A stretch of DNA of 64,000 bases from positions 93,002,001-93,066,000 of the forward strand of contig CM059432.1 in assembly GCA_030390025.1 (NCBI GenBank), read 5' to 3'. A program made the position numbers and the translations under genes. This DNA is from Squalus acanthias (taxonomy: Eukaryota). Under the pieces are notes generated by a model, which was given only the letters and a program-made list of their open reading frames with translations, was not told where the DNA came from and did no database searches. Below, one piece after another: positions 1 to 14,093 of the stretch (positions are counted from its first letter, which is position 1; every line of letters begins with the position of its first letter).

Positions 1-73
1 TACCTTATGCATGTAGATACTCCAGCCTGTTCTTGATTTCCCAAACAGGTGTCTCATTCTCTTAGAAATTGCA

Positions 74-889
74 GCATACATAGAATCATAGAATGGTCAC
101 AGCACAGAAAGAGGCCATTTGGCCCGTCGAGCCCATACCGGCTCTCTGCAAGAGTACTTCAGCTAGTCCCACTCCCCTGCCCTTTCCCCGTAGACCTGCA
201 ATTTTTTCTTTCAGGTACTTATCCAATTCCCGTTTGAAAGCCACGATTGAGTCTGCCTCCACCACCCTTTCAGGCAGTGCATTCCAGATCATAACCCCTC
301 GCTGCGTAAAAAAGTTGTTCCTTATGTCGCCTTTGGTTCTTTTGCCAATCACCTTAAATCTGTGTCCTCTGGTTCTCGACCCATCCGCCAATGGGAACAG
401 CTTCTCTCTATCTACTCTGTCGTGACCCCTCATGATTTTGAATACCTCTATCAAATCTCCTCTCGACCTTCTCTGCTCTAAGGAGAGCAACCCCAGCTTC
501 TCTAGTCTATCCACGTAACTGAAGTCCCTCATCCCTGGAATCATTCTTGTAAATCTTTTCTGCACCCTCTCTAAGACCTTCACATCCTTCCTAAAGTGCG
601 GTGCCCAGAATTGGGGACACTGCTCCAGTTGAGGCCGAACCAGTGTTTTATAAAGGTTCATCATAACTTCCTTGCTTTTGTACTCTATGCCTCTATTTAT
701 GAAGCCCAGGATCCCATATGGTTTTTTTTAACCATTTTCTCAACCTGCCCTGCCACCTTCAATGATTTGTGCACATCTACCCCCAGGTCTCTCTCCATGC
801 ACCTCCCTTTAGGATTGTACCCTTTAGTTTATATTGCCTCTCCTCGTTCTTCCTACCAAAATGTATCACTTCGCACTTTTCTGCATTAA
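74..889 (-). mobile_element. CR1 LINE 3' fragment
   Basis: ORF 86..664 encodes the CR1 ORF2 C-terminus (LYKTLVRPQLE...FFTQR), followed by an (ATTCTATG)n tail. Confidence 0.92.
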
Positions 890-2002
890 ATGGTGTTCCT
901 TTTTACAGTTAATATGATTGCACAGAGCTTCATATTTCTGTGTTTATTGAGCAAAAATTCTGTGATGGGAGTACCACCTGAAAGCAACATTCCGGTTGCT
1001 TCAACAATACCATTTGCTTTGTGTAGATGAGTCTTGGATTAATTCTGATTTGATATAAAATTGGGAAGGAGTTTATGTATACTAAACAAGGCTCTAAATG
1101 AATGAATAAAATCAAGAACATTTGTGATCATACTAAGGAATTTAAAAATTGACTTAGGGGCATCAAAAAATCTTGAAATCTGGCTAGCTTTACGAAGTTG
1201 TCAAACAACTAATTTGCAGACTCGCTAGATAGGCACAGCATTTCAGTGTTTTTCAGCGTTTTCTGGATTGGAATAGCAACAGTGGTATATCTGGTCCCTC
1301 CATTATGTTTTGAAGAGTACAGCAATTGCTGGGTCTTCATGTATTTTAGGGATTTCATCAATTGAAAAGTAAATCTCATTTGTGGGACATGAGTTTGACA
1401 TGCTTCAGGCAGGTAGTTTTCATACAATTGAGTGCCTTTTTGTACTTAAAATATTGAAGTTTATGTTTTGATGATTATGCAAGAAGAAATTCTGGCTGCT
1501 TTCACTGCTTGTAATTTTCCATTGATGCACTGGAGTGGAGAAGAGGGCAAAGCTTAACAGCAAGTTCAAGCACCTTCTGCAAATGCCAATCTTGCTGTCA
1601 ATCATCTTAACATCCCCCCACTCCAAAATATGGCTGTGTTTATTAGACCCAGAAGGGAAGCATGCTAGGAGTTTTCTCCACAGACTGCCAACACAGTCAC
1701 AATGGTGCATGCTGTTGCTCATTTTCTTGGGGTTTCCTTTGCGCTGACATCTCTCAAGCCTCATGAACTCCAGCTTCTCAGAGAACCACAGACCACTGAT
1801 GAAAATTATTAGAGGCATTTCAAAGTTCAATCACTTTCTTGTGAGTATTGTATTTTTTTTTAAATTCTGCTACAAACCTTATTTTCAGGAGTGAGTCCTT
1901 TAGATTATGGCAATAACCAAAATGGCAACTGAAACGATTTTCAAAAATTATCTGGAGTGATTTAATTGGCTCTCCTTTTATTGGTAAGCGTTACATAGAC
2001 TT

Positions 2003-2590
2003 GCATAGAATATACAGTAGAGAAACAGGCCATTCGACCCAACCAGTCCATGCTGGCCTTTATGCTCCACTCAAGCCTTCTCCCATCCTTCCTCATCTAA
2101 CTCTATCAGCATAACCCTCTGTTCCCATCTCCCTCATGCTTATCCAGCTCCCCTTTAAATGCATCTATACTATTCGCCTCAACTACTCTCTGTGGTTGCG
2201 AATTCCACTTCTCACCACTCTTTGCTCACGATTCTTTGGGTAAAGAAGTTTCTTCTGAATTCCCTATTTGGTTTCTTGGTGACTATCTTGTATTGATGGC
2301 CTCTAGTTTTGATCTTCCCCACAAGTGGAAACACTTTGTGTCTACTCTATCAAAACCTTCCATAATTTTAAAGACCTCTATTGGGTCACCCCTCAGCCTT
2401 CTCTTTTCAAGAGAAAAGAGACCCAGCCTGTTCATCCTTTCCTGATGGGTATAACGTCGCAGTTCTAGTATCATCCTTGCAAATCTTTTTTGCACCCTCT
2501 CCAGTGTCTCTATTATCTTTTATAATACGGCGACCAGAACTGCACACAGTACTTCAAGTGTGGTCTAACCAAGGTTCGATACAAGTTTAT
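2003..2590 (-). mobile_element. CR1 LINE 3' fragment, decayed
   Basis: RLGLFSLEKRRLRGD motif and CR1-type 3' UTR. Confidence 0.88.
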
Positions 2591-2859
2591 CGTTGATTGA
2601 GTTGGTTGATTAACTTTTTAGTCCCCATTTGTTCTGCATGTATCCAGATGTAATACCTAAACTGACGATGGACAAAATGTGCTAGGTGCAAGAATAAAAT
2701 TTTTTACAAAATACTATCTCATGTTGCTTGTGGTAAACTGGAAGATGGTCTATTTAATAATAGGTGTGTTATGTCATGTAAGAGACAATCTGTTATCAGG
2801 GAATTTTACTGGTGCTTTGGTTTTGAATTCCACAACTGTCCATTGTTCTGTGAATACCG

Positions 2860-5800
2860 TGAAGCCAGTGTAGTTGATGTTGTGTATATGGGCATTCAAA
2901 AGGCGTTGTACCACATATTAGTAGGCTTGTTCGCAAAATTGAAACCCATGGGATAAAAGGGGCAGTAGCAGCATGGATACAAAATTGGCTAAGGGATAGA
3001 AAACAAAGTTGTAGTGAATGGCTGCATTTCAGACTGGAGAGGGGTATACAGTGGAGTTCCACCCAGGGTTCAGTACTACGACCACTGTTGTTTGTGATAT
3101 ACATTAATGACTTGGACTTGGGGGGTACAAGGCACAATTTCAAAATTTGCAGATGACTCAAATTGGAAGTGTAGCAAACAGTGAGGAAGATAGTAATAGA
3201 CTTCTAGAGGACAAAGGCTGGTGGAATGGGCGGACACATGGCAGATTAAATTCAACGCAGAAAAGTGTGAGGTGATACAGTTTGGTAGGAAGAATGAGGA
3301 GAGGCAATACAAGCTAAATGATACAATTTTAAAGGGAGTGCAAGAACAGAGAGCCCTGGGGGTGTTTGTGCACAAATCTTTGCAGGTGGCAGGACAGGTT
3401 AACAAAGCATTTAATAAAGTATATGGGATCCTGGGCTTTATAAATAGAGACATAGAGTACAAAAGCCAGGAAGTTATGCTAAACCTATATAAAACACTAG
3501 TTCAGCCTCAGCTGGAGAATTGTGTCCAATACTGAGCACCACACTTTAGGAAGGACGTGAAAGCTTTAGAGAAGGTACAGAAGAGATTTACTAGAATGGT
3601 TCCAGGGATGAGGGATTACATAGAAACATAGAAAAATAGGAGCAGGAGTAGGCCATTCGGCCCTTCGAGCCTGCTCCGCCATTCAATATCATCATGGCAG
3701 ATCCTCTATCTCAATACCATATTCCCGCTCTCTCCCCATACCCCTTGATGCCTTTTGTGTCTAGAAATCTATCTATCTCCTTAAATATATTCAGTGACTT
3801 GGCCTCCACAGCCTTCTGTGGTAGAGAATTCCACAGGTTCACCACCCTCTGAGTGAAGAAATTTCTCCTCATCTCAGTCCTAAATGTCCTACCCCGTATC
3901 CTGAGACTGTGACCCCTCGTTCTAGACCCCCCCAGCCAGGGGAAACATCCTCCCTGCATCCAGTCTGTCTAGCCCGATCAGAATTTTATACGTTTCGATG
4001 AGATCCCCTCATTCTTCTAAACTCGTGAATACAGGCCTAGTCGACCCAATCTCTCCTCATATGACAGTCCTGCCATCCCAGGAATCAGTCTGGTGAACCT
4101 TCGCTGCACTCCCTCTATGGCAAGTATATCCTTTCTTAGGTAAGGAGACCAAAACTGCACACAGTACTCCAGGTGTGGTCTCACCAAGGCCCTGTATAAC
4201 TGTAGTAAGACATCCTTGCTCCTGTACTCAAATCCTCTTGCAATGAAGACCAACATACCATTGGCCTTCCTAACTGCTTGCTGCACCTGCATGTTTGCTT
4301 TCAGTGACTGGTGTACAAGGACACCCAGGTCCCTTTGTACATCAACATTTCCCAATCTATCACCATTTAAATAATACTCTGCCTTTCTGTTTTTCCTACC
4401 GAAGTTGATAACTTCACATTTATCCACGTTATACTGCATCTGCCATGTATTTGCCCCCTCACTCAACTTGTCTAAATCGCCTTGAAGCCTCTTTGCATCC
4501 TCCTCACAACCCCCACCTAGTTTTGTGTCGTCGGCAAACTTGGAAATATTACATTTGGTTCCCTCATCCAAATCATTGATATATATTGTGAATAGCTGGG
4601 GCCCAAGCACTGATCCCTGCGGTACCCCACCAGTCACCGCCTGCCACCCCGAAAAATACCCATTTATTCCTACTCTGTTTCTTGTCTGTTAACCAATTTT
4701 CAATCCATGCCAGTATATTACCCCCAATCCCATGTGCTTTAATTTTGCACACTAACCTCTTATGTGGGACTTTATCAAAGGCCTTCTGAAAATCCAAATA
4801 CACCACATCCACTGGTTCTCCCTTATCTATTCTACCAGTTACATCCTCAAAAAACTCCAGTAGGTTTGTCAAACACGATTTCCCTTTCATAAATCCATGG
4901 TGACTTTGTCTAATCCCATTGATATTTTCTAAGTGTCCTGTTATCACATCCTTTATAATGGACTCTAGCATTTTCCCGACTACTGATAGGCTAACTGGTC
5001 TGTAGTTCCCTGTTTTCTCTCTCCCTCCTTTTTTAAATAGTGGGGTTACATTTGCCACCCTCCAATCTGCAGGAACTGTTCCATAATCTATAGAATTTTG
5101 GAAGATGACAACCAATGCATCCACTATTTCCATGGCTACCTCTTTTAGTACTCTGGGATGCAGATTATCAGGCACTGAGGATTTATCGGCTTTCAGTCCC
5201 ATTAATTTCTCCAGCACTTTTTTTTACTACTACTAATTTCCTTTAATTCCTCCTCCTCACTAGACACTTGGTTCCCTAGCATTTCTGGGAAGTTATTTGT
5301 GTCCTCTTCCATGAAGACAGAACCGAAGTATTTGTTTAATTGCTGAGCCATTTCCTTGTTCCCCATTATAAATTCTCCAGTTTCTGACTGTAAGGAACCT
5401 ACATTTGTCTTCACTAATCTTTTTCTTTTTACATACTTGTAGAAGCTTTTACAATCCGCTTTTATGTTCCTTGCAAGTTTACTCTCGTACTCTATTTTTC
5501 CCCTCTTCATCAATCTCTTGGTCCTTTTTTTGCTGAACTCTAAACTGCTCCCAATCCTCAGGCTTGCTACTTTTTCTGGCAACTTTATATGACTCCTCTT
5601 TGGATCTAATACTATCCTTAATTTCTTTTGTTAGCCATGGTTGGGCCACTTTTCCTTTTGTGTTTTTGCGGCAGAAAGGAATGTATAACTTGCAATTCAT
5701 GCATTTGTTCCTTAATTTAGTTATAGACTGGAGAACCTTACAGCAGAGAAGGCTAAGAGGAGATTTGATAGGTGTTTAAAATCATGAAAGGTTTAGATAA

Positions 5801-6137
5801 AGTAAATAAAGAGAAACTGTTTCCAATGGCTGAAGGGTCAATAACCAGAGGGCACAGATTTAAGGCAATTGGCAAAAGAACCAGAGGCGACAAGAGGAAA
5901 AACATTTTTCGCAACGAGTGGTTAGGATTTGGAATGCACTGCCTGATAGGGTGGTGGATACAGATTCAATAGTAGCCTTCAAAAGGGAATTGGATAAATA
6001 CTTGTAGGAGAAAAAATTGCAGGGATATGGGGAAAGAACGGAGGAGCGGGACTAACTGGATTGCTCTTTGAAAGAGCCGGCGCAGACTCAATGGGCCGAG
6101 TGGTTTCCTTCTGTGCTGTACTATTCTATGATTCTAT
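2860..6137 (+). mobile_element. CR1 LINE split by a nested CR1 (pieces ~2860-3613 and ~5718-6137)
   Basis: RT C-terminal sequence stops near GGGATGAGGGATT and resumes at AGTTATAGACTGGAG. ATTCTATG tail at ~6123-6137. Confidence 0.85.
3614..5715 (-). mobile_element. CR1 LINE, 5'-truncated, frameshifted RT
   Basis: ORFs 3711-5700 carry YLDFQKAFDKV, GVPQGSVLGP and FADD, with a (TTTCTATG)n tail. Confidence 0.93.
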
Positions 6138-6179
6138 GTGTGCCTATGTATGTGTGTGTATATATAAAAAAAATAACCT

Positions 6180-7370
6180 AGCCTTGGATATAGGGGGCAC
6201 AATATCAAAATTTGCTGCCAACACAAAAATAGGGAGCATAGTTGACTGAAAAGATCTGTAAGTGACTTAAGGGGAAGAGACAGGTTACTAAATTGGGCAG
6301 ATAAATGTCTGATGAAATTTAATGTAGAGAAATATCAGCTGATAGATTTTGGGAAAATGAATATGGAGAGGGTATATATACTGAATGGTAATGCATCAAA
6401 GGAAATAGAAACACAGAGAAACAGGTTCAGATACACAAGTCTTTATAGGTGAGAGGACAAGTTGATAAATTTCTAAATAAAAGCATATGGGATCCTCGGT
6501 TTCATAAATTGGGGCACAGAGTACAAAAGCAAAGAGGTGATGCTAAACCTGTACAAATCATTGGTTAGGCTTGGGATTGTGCTTCTGTAACAATGATGAT
6601 GAGACTTTGAAGGTGGTGGGACAAGTTGATCAGGCTGTTTAAAAACACATATGCGATCCTTGGCTTTACTTCACCTGAGGAAGGAGCAAATCGATAGCTC
6701 CGAAAGCTTGTGATTTCAAATAAAACTGTTGGACTATAACCTGGTGTTGTGCGACCTCTCAATTTTTACTAACAGAGGCATAGAGTACAAAAGCATTAAG
6801 ATATGGTAAACCTTTGTAAATCACAGGTTAGGCCTCAGCTAGAGTATTGTATCCATTTCTGGGCACCAGACTTCAGGAAGGATGTCAAGGAGAGGCTGCA
6901 GAGGGGATATACTAGAATGGTACCAGGGATGCAGAACTTTAGTTACATGGAGAGGCTGGAGAAGCTGGGGTTGGTCTCCTTAGAGCAGAGAAGGTTAAGG
7001 GGAAATTTAAGAGGTGTTAAAAAAAATTATAAAAAGGATTTGATAGAGTAAATAAGGAGAAACTGTTTCCACTGGTAGAAGGGTCCAGATAACCATAGGA
7101 CACAGATTTAAGATAATTGGCTAAAGAACTCTGGGGCAGATAAGTTTTTTTTACACAGTGAGTTATGATCTTGAATGCACCACCTGAAAGGGTGGCGAAA
7201 GCAGATTTAATAGTATATTTCAAAAGGGAATTGGATATATACTTGAAAAGGAAAAATGTGCAGGGTCATGGGGAGAGTGGGAAGTGGGACTCATTGGTAG
7301 TTTTTTCAAAGAGCCAGCACCGGCATGATGGGCTGTATGGCTCCCTTCTGTGCTGTATGATTCTATGTAC
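6180..7370 (+). mobile_element. Decayed CR1 pieces
   Basis: ISKFA and VRPQLEYC motifs, ATTCTATG tail. Confidence 0.8.
6671..6765 (+). mobile_element. Penelope-like 3'-end fragment with minimal hammerhead (6671-6713)
   Basis: TCAC-CTGAGGA-A-GGAGC...GCTCC-GAAA-GCT-T-GTGA. Homologous to the arms of the 37177 palindrome. Confidence 0.75.
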
Positions 7371-8688
7371 TTAATTTCCTGAACTCCACTTTCCCACCCG
7401 ATCCCCATATCCCTCGAACCCGTCTATGCACAATGCAATGGCACCTCTCCTGCAACTACAGTCAATAAGACAGCCAAACATGGAAAAAGCCGAGTAGAAA
7501 ACCAGTAAAGGACGAGGTGTTCAGGTGGAAATGATTCCGAGCAAGTCTTTATATTCTGTAACGTATTCTAAATAAAAACACCAGCTGAATTGCCATTGGG
7601 GTAGAGTTTCCGCTTTGGGCGCAATCAGCGATTCCGGCGCAAATTGCACCCGTTTTGCAAAGTGTTCTCTTCTCTCCCCCCCCCCCCCCCCCCCCGAGTT
7701 TCCGCTCACTCATTTGCATATCGCCAAACGCAAAATCTGCCATGATCCAGTGCAATTGGGCAGCTTTTTAAAATAAGTTTTGCTTTTTAAAAAAAAAAAT
7801 GCCTTCATATTTAAGAGTGGTAACTTGGGGAAGTTTGATTAAAACAGCTGAAAATGGGTTTAATCACAAAAGATAAGCATTTTTAATCAGTGTCAATCCG
7901 TCACCCATGAGTGACCTGATTTTAAATGACTGAAATTTACTTAAAAAAATATTTGCCCCTATCACTTGCAACAGCATAAACTCCTCAATATGGGAAACCG
8001 CCATGGAGGATCTACAATATGAATGGAAAATAGGGGATGAAAGTCCTTGGGATACCAAAATTAGAATATTGTCTGCTACAGGGATGGGGGAAAGGGAGAG
8101 AAGTTCATTTCACATGAAAAGCAAACCTGGTAACAAAGGCCAGATAAAACTATCTAAAAGGCTGGAGGAGACAACAGTGGAGTCTTAATGCCACTCTTTT
8201 CACAAGTTGCACTTTAATCAGTAGAGACCAGGTAAATCCAGCTTTACTTGCAGCATTACTGTGCTTGGTGTGAAAATTTAAACACAATACAATGGGCCCT
8301 TGCTGTCTGAAAATACACCCACTTGGCTTCTATGGGGGAGAAATTTGGTATTGCCCCGTTTGGGGCGCAATTATTGGCCGGGCGCAAAGTTTAGCACCTG
8401 GCGCTAATTATTGCCTCCGACTGCAAACTTGGCTTCTATTGCCCCTGGAGGTGATTGGAGCGCTAAATCAGGCGCTGCACACCTGTCTTCAGGTGCAAAG
8501 GCCGAGGAGCGAGGTGCTATCTCAGAGTGCTGGCGAAGCTCGTGATGTCAGTTAGCAATGGAACACACACTGGCCCCAGCCAGTTCTTAAAGGGGAGGGT
8601 CGATCTTGCTCTCCAGCCACACCCTGCTCATTGGAGCCTTGAATCTCGGCCTGGAAAGACCTGTGATTACATTTTCCAGCCAAGGACT

Positions 8689-10420
8689 ATGGAGAGGGTG
8701 AGAGAACAAGCTCAGCGCTTCAGCGAGCGGGCCTTGGAGGCTCTGGTTGGCGCGGTGGAGCGCAGAAGATCTATACTCTACCCTGAGAGTGGCAGGAGGC
8801 CTTTGCCGCGTGACTACAGAAGAGTGTGGAGGGAGGTGGCTCAGCATGGTGCCCAGGACCCATACTCAATGTCGCAAAAAGTTCAATTACCTCACTCGGG
8901 TCGTCAGGGTGAGTGGCTTTTTTTCAATATCTCTCCATTCCTCCATTTCAACCTCACTCTATGGCCAGTGGGTCTTAAAACCCCAATGCCCAACACTCAT
9001 CCAACACCTATGGCCCTCTCATGAAACACACATGCACATTCCACACCTTGCATACAGTAAGGGCAATTCAACTATGGGAGGCACATCAGGCAAGACCATG
9101 GCTGTACATTTACTCAGACGCCGTCCTTTTTCTTGCAGGCCAAGCTCTCTCTCAATAGGAGACAGCAGCAATGGACGGTGGAGGGCGGCCTCAGCTGCAA
9201 CCCCTCAGCGATCTTGAGGCGCGCATCCACAGGATTGTGGCAAGCCGGGTGATCGGTCCCGTCGCCCCTGGAGAGGCTGACCCTGTTCGGGACAGCAATG
9301 GTAAGGTCATCAGCTTTCTCTCCTCTCATTCCATTTGTCCCTCACAACACCAGCCTTTGACACTTTCAGTCCAACTTACTAAATCGCTGCACTTCTTCCT
9401 CCCTTACTGCCCCCCCTGTCCTCACACTAAAGCCACTCTTGTACCTCCCTGCTTTTAGATGATGATGATTCACCAGCTGAGGAGACTGGTCCTGAAGCTG
9501 CCAGTGGGAGCGAAGCCGCAGGTGAGGAGGAAGCCGGAGCATCAGCGCCACCCTCTCCCGAGGAAGCCCATGCCCACACTGGGACCACGTCTTCCCTGGA
9601 GGGGAGCAGGGGGGAAGGGTCTGATGAGGGTGAAGCTCCGGGACCCAGCGAGCTGCAGCAACGCGATGTGACTAGGGAAGCTCGGGGGGCCTTCTGCCCG
9701 GAGGGAGAGTCGGCCAGCGAGTCCTGCTGCACTGGACGCAAAGGAGGAGTGGCTCATCGCTGAAATTAACACCCAGGCGGTGGACATGCACACTCAGCTC
9801 ATGGGTGCAGTGGGAAGGGTGCCCGATTGCATTGATGCACTGGCAAGGAGTGTGGAGCACTACGTGTAGCACAGGCGCATGCCACGCTAATACTTAGTGC
9901 TGCAATTCAGTCACTGGCTGCCGTGATCCAATCTCAGACTGGTCTCATGCAGACTCAGATTGAGGCCACACAAGCACTGACTGCTGCCATTGTTGCTGGC
10001 TCGGACATATTTCCCCGGGGCTCTCACCGTGCCGCAGCAGGCCAGCAATCTGTGCTCCAGCAGATTGCTCCAGATGCTGAGGTGCTGCCCCGTGGGAGTG
10101 CCAGTCGAGCAGGGAGTCGCTGTCCTCTCTCAAGATGACAGCATTCCTGCTGCCACCACTGTCACTTCCCCATTGCACTTGCCACCGCCTGTAGCCCAGA
10201 CTGCTGCCGCCCATGCAGAGTTGGTGCAGTCTGCAGCCGGGCCTTCCAGGCCCAGAGCTGGTCGAGGCTGTCCTTCAAGGGCATCTGTAGTCTCGGTTCT
10301 GACAATCAGCAGCCTTCCACAAGCCTTGCTGCAGCCACTGGGGCCCCATTACGGAGGAGCAGTAGGGTGGGAAGGGGGTAAGTGTGCAAGGGAAGGAGAT
10401 CACCCTCGAAGGGCAAAAAG
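8689..10420 (+). pseudogene. Harbinger Myb/SANT-like (trihelix) gene, frameshifted; exons ~8689-8908, 9139-9300, 9459 onward
   Basis: RFSERALEALVGAV...W.EVA...RT..QCRKKFN.L motif and canonical GT-AG sites. Confidence 0.8.
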
Positions 10421-10644
10421 TAGGAGGTGTGACGAAATGTTGGTAAATTTTTTAATAAAGGCCGAGGTTCGTGCTCAAACTTTTGTTTAGTGTTTTGGAC
10501 ATTATCTCCAGGTTGTGAGAACCAGTAATGTTAATGAATGATTTTTTGTGTTTGTTTCTATTAGTTTGTCATGAAGAAATGACACACACACTTTGTAAAA
10601 TAAAAAAGTTTTGTATTCAGAATGTACAGGTTTGGCCTTTGGAA

Positions 10645-11160
10645 TCATTGCTGCCTTGGCCAGCTTTGGGGTTGCGGGTTGCTTTCATTCATGTTGTTCT
10701 CCCTGCCAGGGTCATGGGGAAAGAGATGTACTGGCGTCTCCTTATAGAGGGCATTTGTGACCTGACGGATACAGCAATGGACCGTGAACTGGGAGATATT
10801 GGCGATGTCCCCAGTAGCTGCTTGAAAGGAGCCGGTGGCATGAAAATTCAGAGCCACTGTGACCTTCACAGCCACCAACAGAGACGTCCTGGTCCTCAGT
10901 AGAGGCTGCAGATCTGGCTGCAGCAGGTGGCAGAGCTCAATGACCACCTCCTTGCTGAAGCGCAGCCTGCGCAAACATTGCTCCTCCGACAAATTAATGT
11001 AGGAGAATTGTTCCCGGAATACCCTGGGAGGGTAATGTCTCCTGCGCAGAGGCCTGTTAGCCCTCCTCCGTCTGGCCATGATTGCCATTCTCTCTGCGTC
11101 TCTGTTGCTTCCGATTCTGCAGGCGCAGGACGACGCCCCGAATCAGTGTAGCCCCCAAGT
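10645..11160 (-). pseudogene. Harbinger (HARBI1-like) transposase N-terminal remnant
   Basis: LSEEQCLRRLRFSKE...VTVALNFHATGSFQ...GD..NISQ. The DDE core is missing. Confidence 0.88.
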
Positions 11161-11264
11161 CTCTTGGCAATCGAAGTAATGAAGATCAAATCCAAAAGTA
11201 CCTGCAAAGTGATGCTCCGTAGCCAAAACTACTTCACACAGTGTTGACTCCATGCAGAAGTCTC

Positions 11265-11303
11265 TCTATCTCTCTCTCTCTCTCTCTCTCAGAATCTCAA
11301 TCT

Positions 11304-11335
<32 letters not shown>

Positions 11336-11339
11336 GAAT
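11265..11339. repeat. (CT)n microsatellite in two tracts
   Basis: Seen directly; each tract ends in CAGAAT. Confidence 0.9.
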
Positions 11340-11734
11340 GAGTGGTGCAAAAATGTCTACCACAGAAAAAGCCAGGAAAAGGCTACCTTTAAATAGCACC
11401 CCCAGCCCCTCACCGACTGGGAAACGTTTCGGTCTCCCTGTCGTTGCTTGTGCCAGGCGGAAAGGAGGGGGACGCCATCAGGGCGTTGCACGCTCGACTG
11501 GCGTCACAATCTGCAGACACAGGAGATCGGGGCAGTAAACTTTTGCGCCGCCGCAAAAACTCTAGTCAATTTCGCAAGCGGCGCAAGCATCGCCGTGCCT
11601 GGGCGCTAGCTGCTATGCGCCCCATTCGCGCCCTCTTGGGGCGCTAACGGGAGGCGCAAGCCAACCAAATTTTTCCCCCTATAATCTCTCACATGCAGCC
11701 TCAGTGATTACTTCATTTGTGCTTAATTGTTAAT

Positions 11735-13193
11735 GGAGGTATTGTACCCGACAATGTGGAAAACTGCCCAGGTATGTCCAGTCCACAAAAAGCAGGACAA
11801 ATCCAATCCAGCCAACTACCACCCCATCAGTCTATTCTCAATCATCAGCAAAGTGATGGTGGTGTCATCGACAGTGTTATCAAGCGCCACTTACTCACTA
11901 ATAACCTGCTCACTGATGCTCAGTTTGGGTTCTGCCAGGACCACTTGGCTCCAGACATCATTACAGCCTTGGTCCAAACATGGACAAAGGAGCTGAATTC
12001 CAGAGGTGAGGTGAGAGTGACTGCCCTTGACATCAAGGCAGCAGCTGACCGAGTGTGGCACCAAGGAGCCCTAGTAAAACTGAAGTCAATGGGAATTTTT
12101 TTGGGAGGGGAACTCTCCACGGGCTGGAGTCATACTTAGCACAAAGGAAGATGGTTGTGATTGTTGGAGGTCAATCATCACAGCCCCTGGACATTGCTGC
12201 AGGAGTTCCTTAGGGTAGTATCCTAAGCCCAACCATCTTCAGCTGCTTCATCAATAACCTTCCCTCCATCATAAAGTCAGACATGGGGATGTTTGCTGAT
12301 GATTGTACAGTGTTCAGTTCGAATTCGCAACTCCTCAGATAATGAAGCAGTCAATGCCCACATGCAGCCAAGACCTGGACGACATTCAGGCTTGGGCTGA
12401 TAAGTGGCAAGTAACATTCGCACCACACAATTGCCAGGCAATGACTATCTCCAACAAGAGAGAGTCTAACCACCGACGCTTGACATTCAACAGCATTACC
12501 ATTGCCGAATGCCCCACCATCAACATGCTGGGGGACACCATTGATCAGAAACTTAACTGGACCAGCCACATAAATACTGTGGTTACAAGAGCAGGTCAGA
12601 GGCTGGGAATTCTGCGGCGAGTGTCTCACCTCCTAAAGCCCCAAAGCCTTGCCACCACCTACAAGGCACAAGTCAGGAGTGTGATGGAATACTCTCCACT
12701 TGCCTGGATGAGTTCAGCTCCAACAACACAAGATGCTCGACACCATCCAGGACAAAGCAGCCCGCTTGACTGGCACCATATCCACCACCTTAATCATTCA
12801 CTCCCTCCACCACCGGCGCACTGTGGTTGCAGTATGTACCATCTACAAGATGCACTGCAGCAACTTGCCAAGGCTTCTTCGACAGCACCTCCCAAACCCG
12901 CAACTTCTACCACCTAGAAGGACAAGGGCAGCAAAGCGCATGGGAACACCATCACCTCTAAATTCCCCTCCAAGTCTCACACCATCCTGACTTGGAAATA
13001 TATCACTGTTCCTTCATAGTCGCTGGCTCAAAATCCTGGAACTCCCTCCCAAACGGCACTATGGAAGTACCTTCACAGGGACTGCAACGGTTCAAGAAGG
13101 AGGCTCGCCACCACCTTCTCCAGGGCAATTAGGGATGGGCAATAAATGCTGGCCTTGCCAGTGACGCCCACATCCCAGGAACAATTAAAAAAA
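11735..13193 (+). mobile_element. Non-LTR LINE of a second family (CR1/L2 group), 5'-truncated
   Basis: RT motifs NY.PISL, QFGF, LDIKAA.DRVWH and FADD, ending CCCACATCCC...AAAAAAA. Confidence 0.88.
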
Positions 13194-13289
13194 ACGAGGA
13201 GAGCAATATGTTTTGCTACCAATTAATTGTTTTATGGATTAATAGGAATCAACTGGTTTTTGTAATATATCCAGTAACGATTTCACGTG

Positions 13290-13760
13290 ATTTTATATAG
13301 CACCTTTCACAGCCTTAAGCCGACCCAAAGCGCTTTACAGCCATTTTTTTTTTTTTATTCATTCACAGGATGTGGCGTTGCTGGTAAGGTTGCCCATCCA
13401 TAATTACCCTTGAGAAGGTGGTGGTGAGCCGCTTTCTTGAACTGCTGAAGTCCGTGTGGTGAAGCGGCTCCCACAGTGTTGTTAGGTTGGGAGTTCCAGG
13501 ATTTTGACCCAGCAACGATGAAGGAACGGCGATATATTTTTAAGTACTTTTGAAGTGTAGTTACTGTTGTAATGTACAAAACGCAGCAGCCAATTTGCAT
13601 GCTCCCACAAACCGCAATGAAATAAATGAGCAGATGATCTGTTTTAAGTGTTGGCGAGGGATAAATGTTGGCCAGTACACTGGGAGAACTCCTCTGCTCT
13701 TCTTCGAATGGGTTTTTTTGTGTCCAGGTGAGAGGCCAGATGGGGCTTTAGTTCATTATC
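13290..13760 (-). mobile_element. SINE body fragment interrupted by the 3' end of the second LINE family (~13345-13535)
   Basis: Reverse-complement matches to 19317-19488 and 13000-13190. Confidence 0.7.
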
Positions 13761-14093
13761 TCAATCGCCAGCAGGAGTTCCTACCTGGCAGCGGTACAAG
13801 TACGTTGTTGGGGTTTTGAGTTGCTTGCATTTCATCCTTTCCTTATGCTTTCCTATATTTAGTCACTTTCTGATGTCAGTTTTGTTGGCGGTGTATCAGA
13901 TTTTTGAAGTGATTAGTCAGCATTTGCTAGTTAGGCATGTATGCAGACTATTCCTAATGCTGATTGTCTTGTCTATTCATTGTTAATCTTGCATTGTAGA
14001 AATGAAAATCTTAAAACTTTATGAATTTGTTCTAACAAAGCTCCAAAATTAAATTAAACTTTCACCTTAGACCTACACAAATTATTATATATT

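Larger units (their letters stand above)
8334..11679. mobile_element. PIF/Harbinger DNA transposon, internally deleted
   Basis: TIRs GGGGGAGAAATTTGGT and ACCAAATTTTTCCCCC, TAT TSD on both sides, convergent Myb/SANT-like and transposase genes. Confidence 0.9.

Noticed and set aside
1420..1830. 136-aa minus-strand ORF as a downstream exon
   Set aside because: Candidate acceptors give phase mismatches or early stops, and there is no recognisable motif.
7445..7567. Possible exon 10 (123 nt, phase 0-0, open frame)
   Set aside because: Weak donor GTGCCA and a peptide unlike the coiled-coil context; cannot be supported without transcripts.
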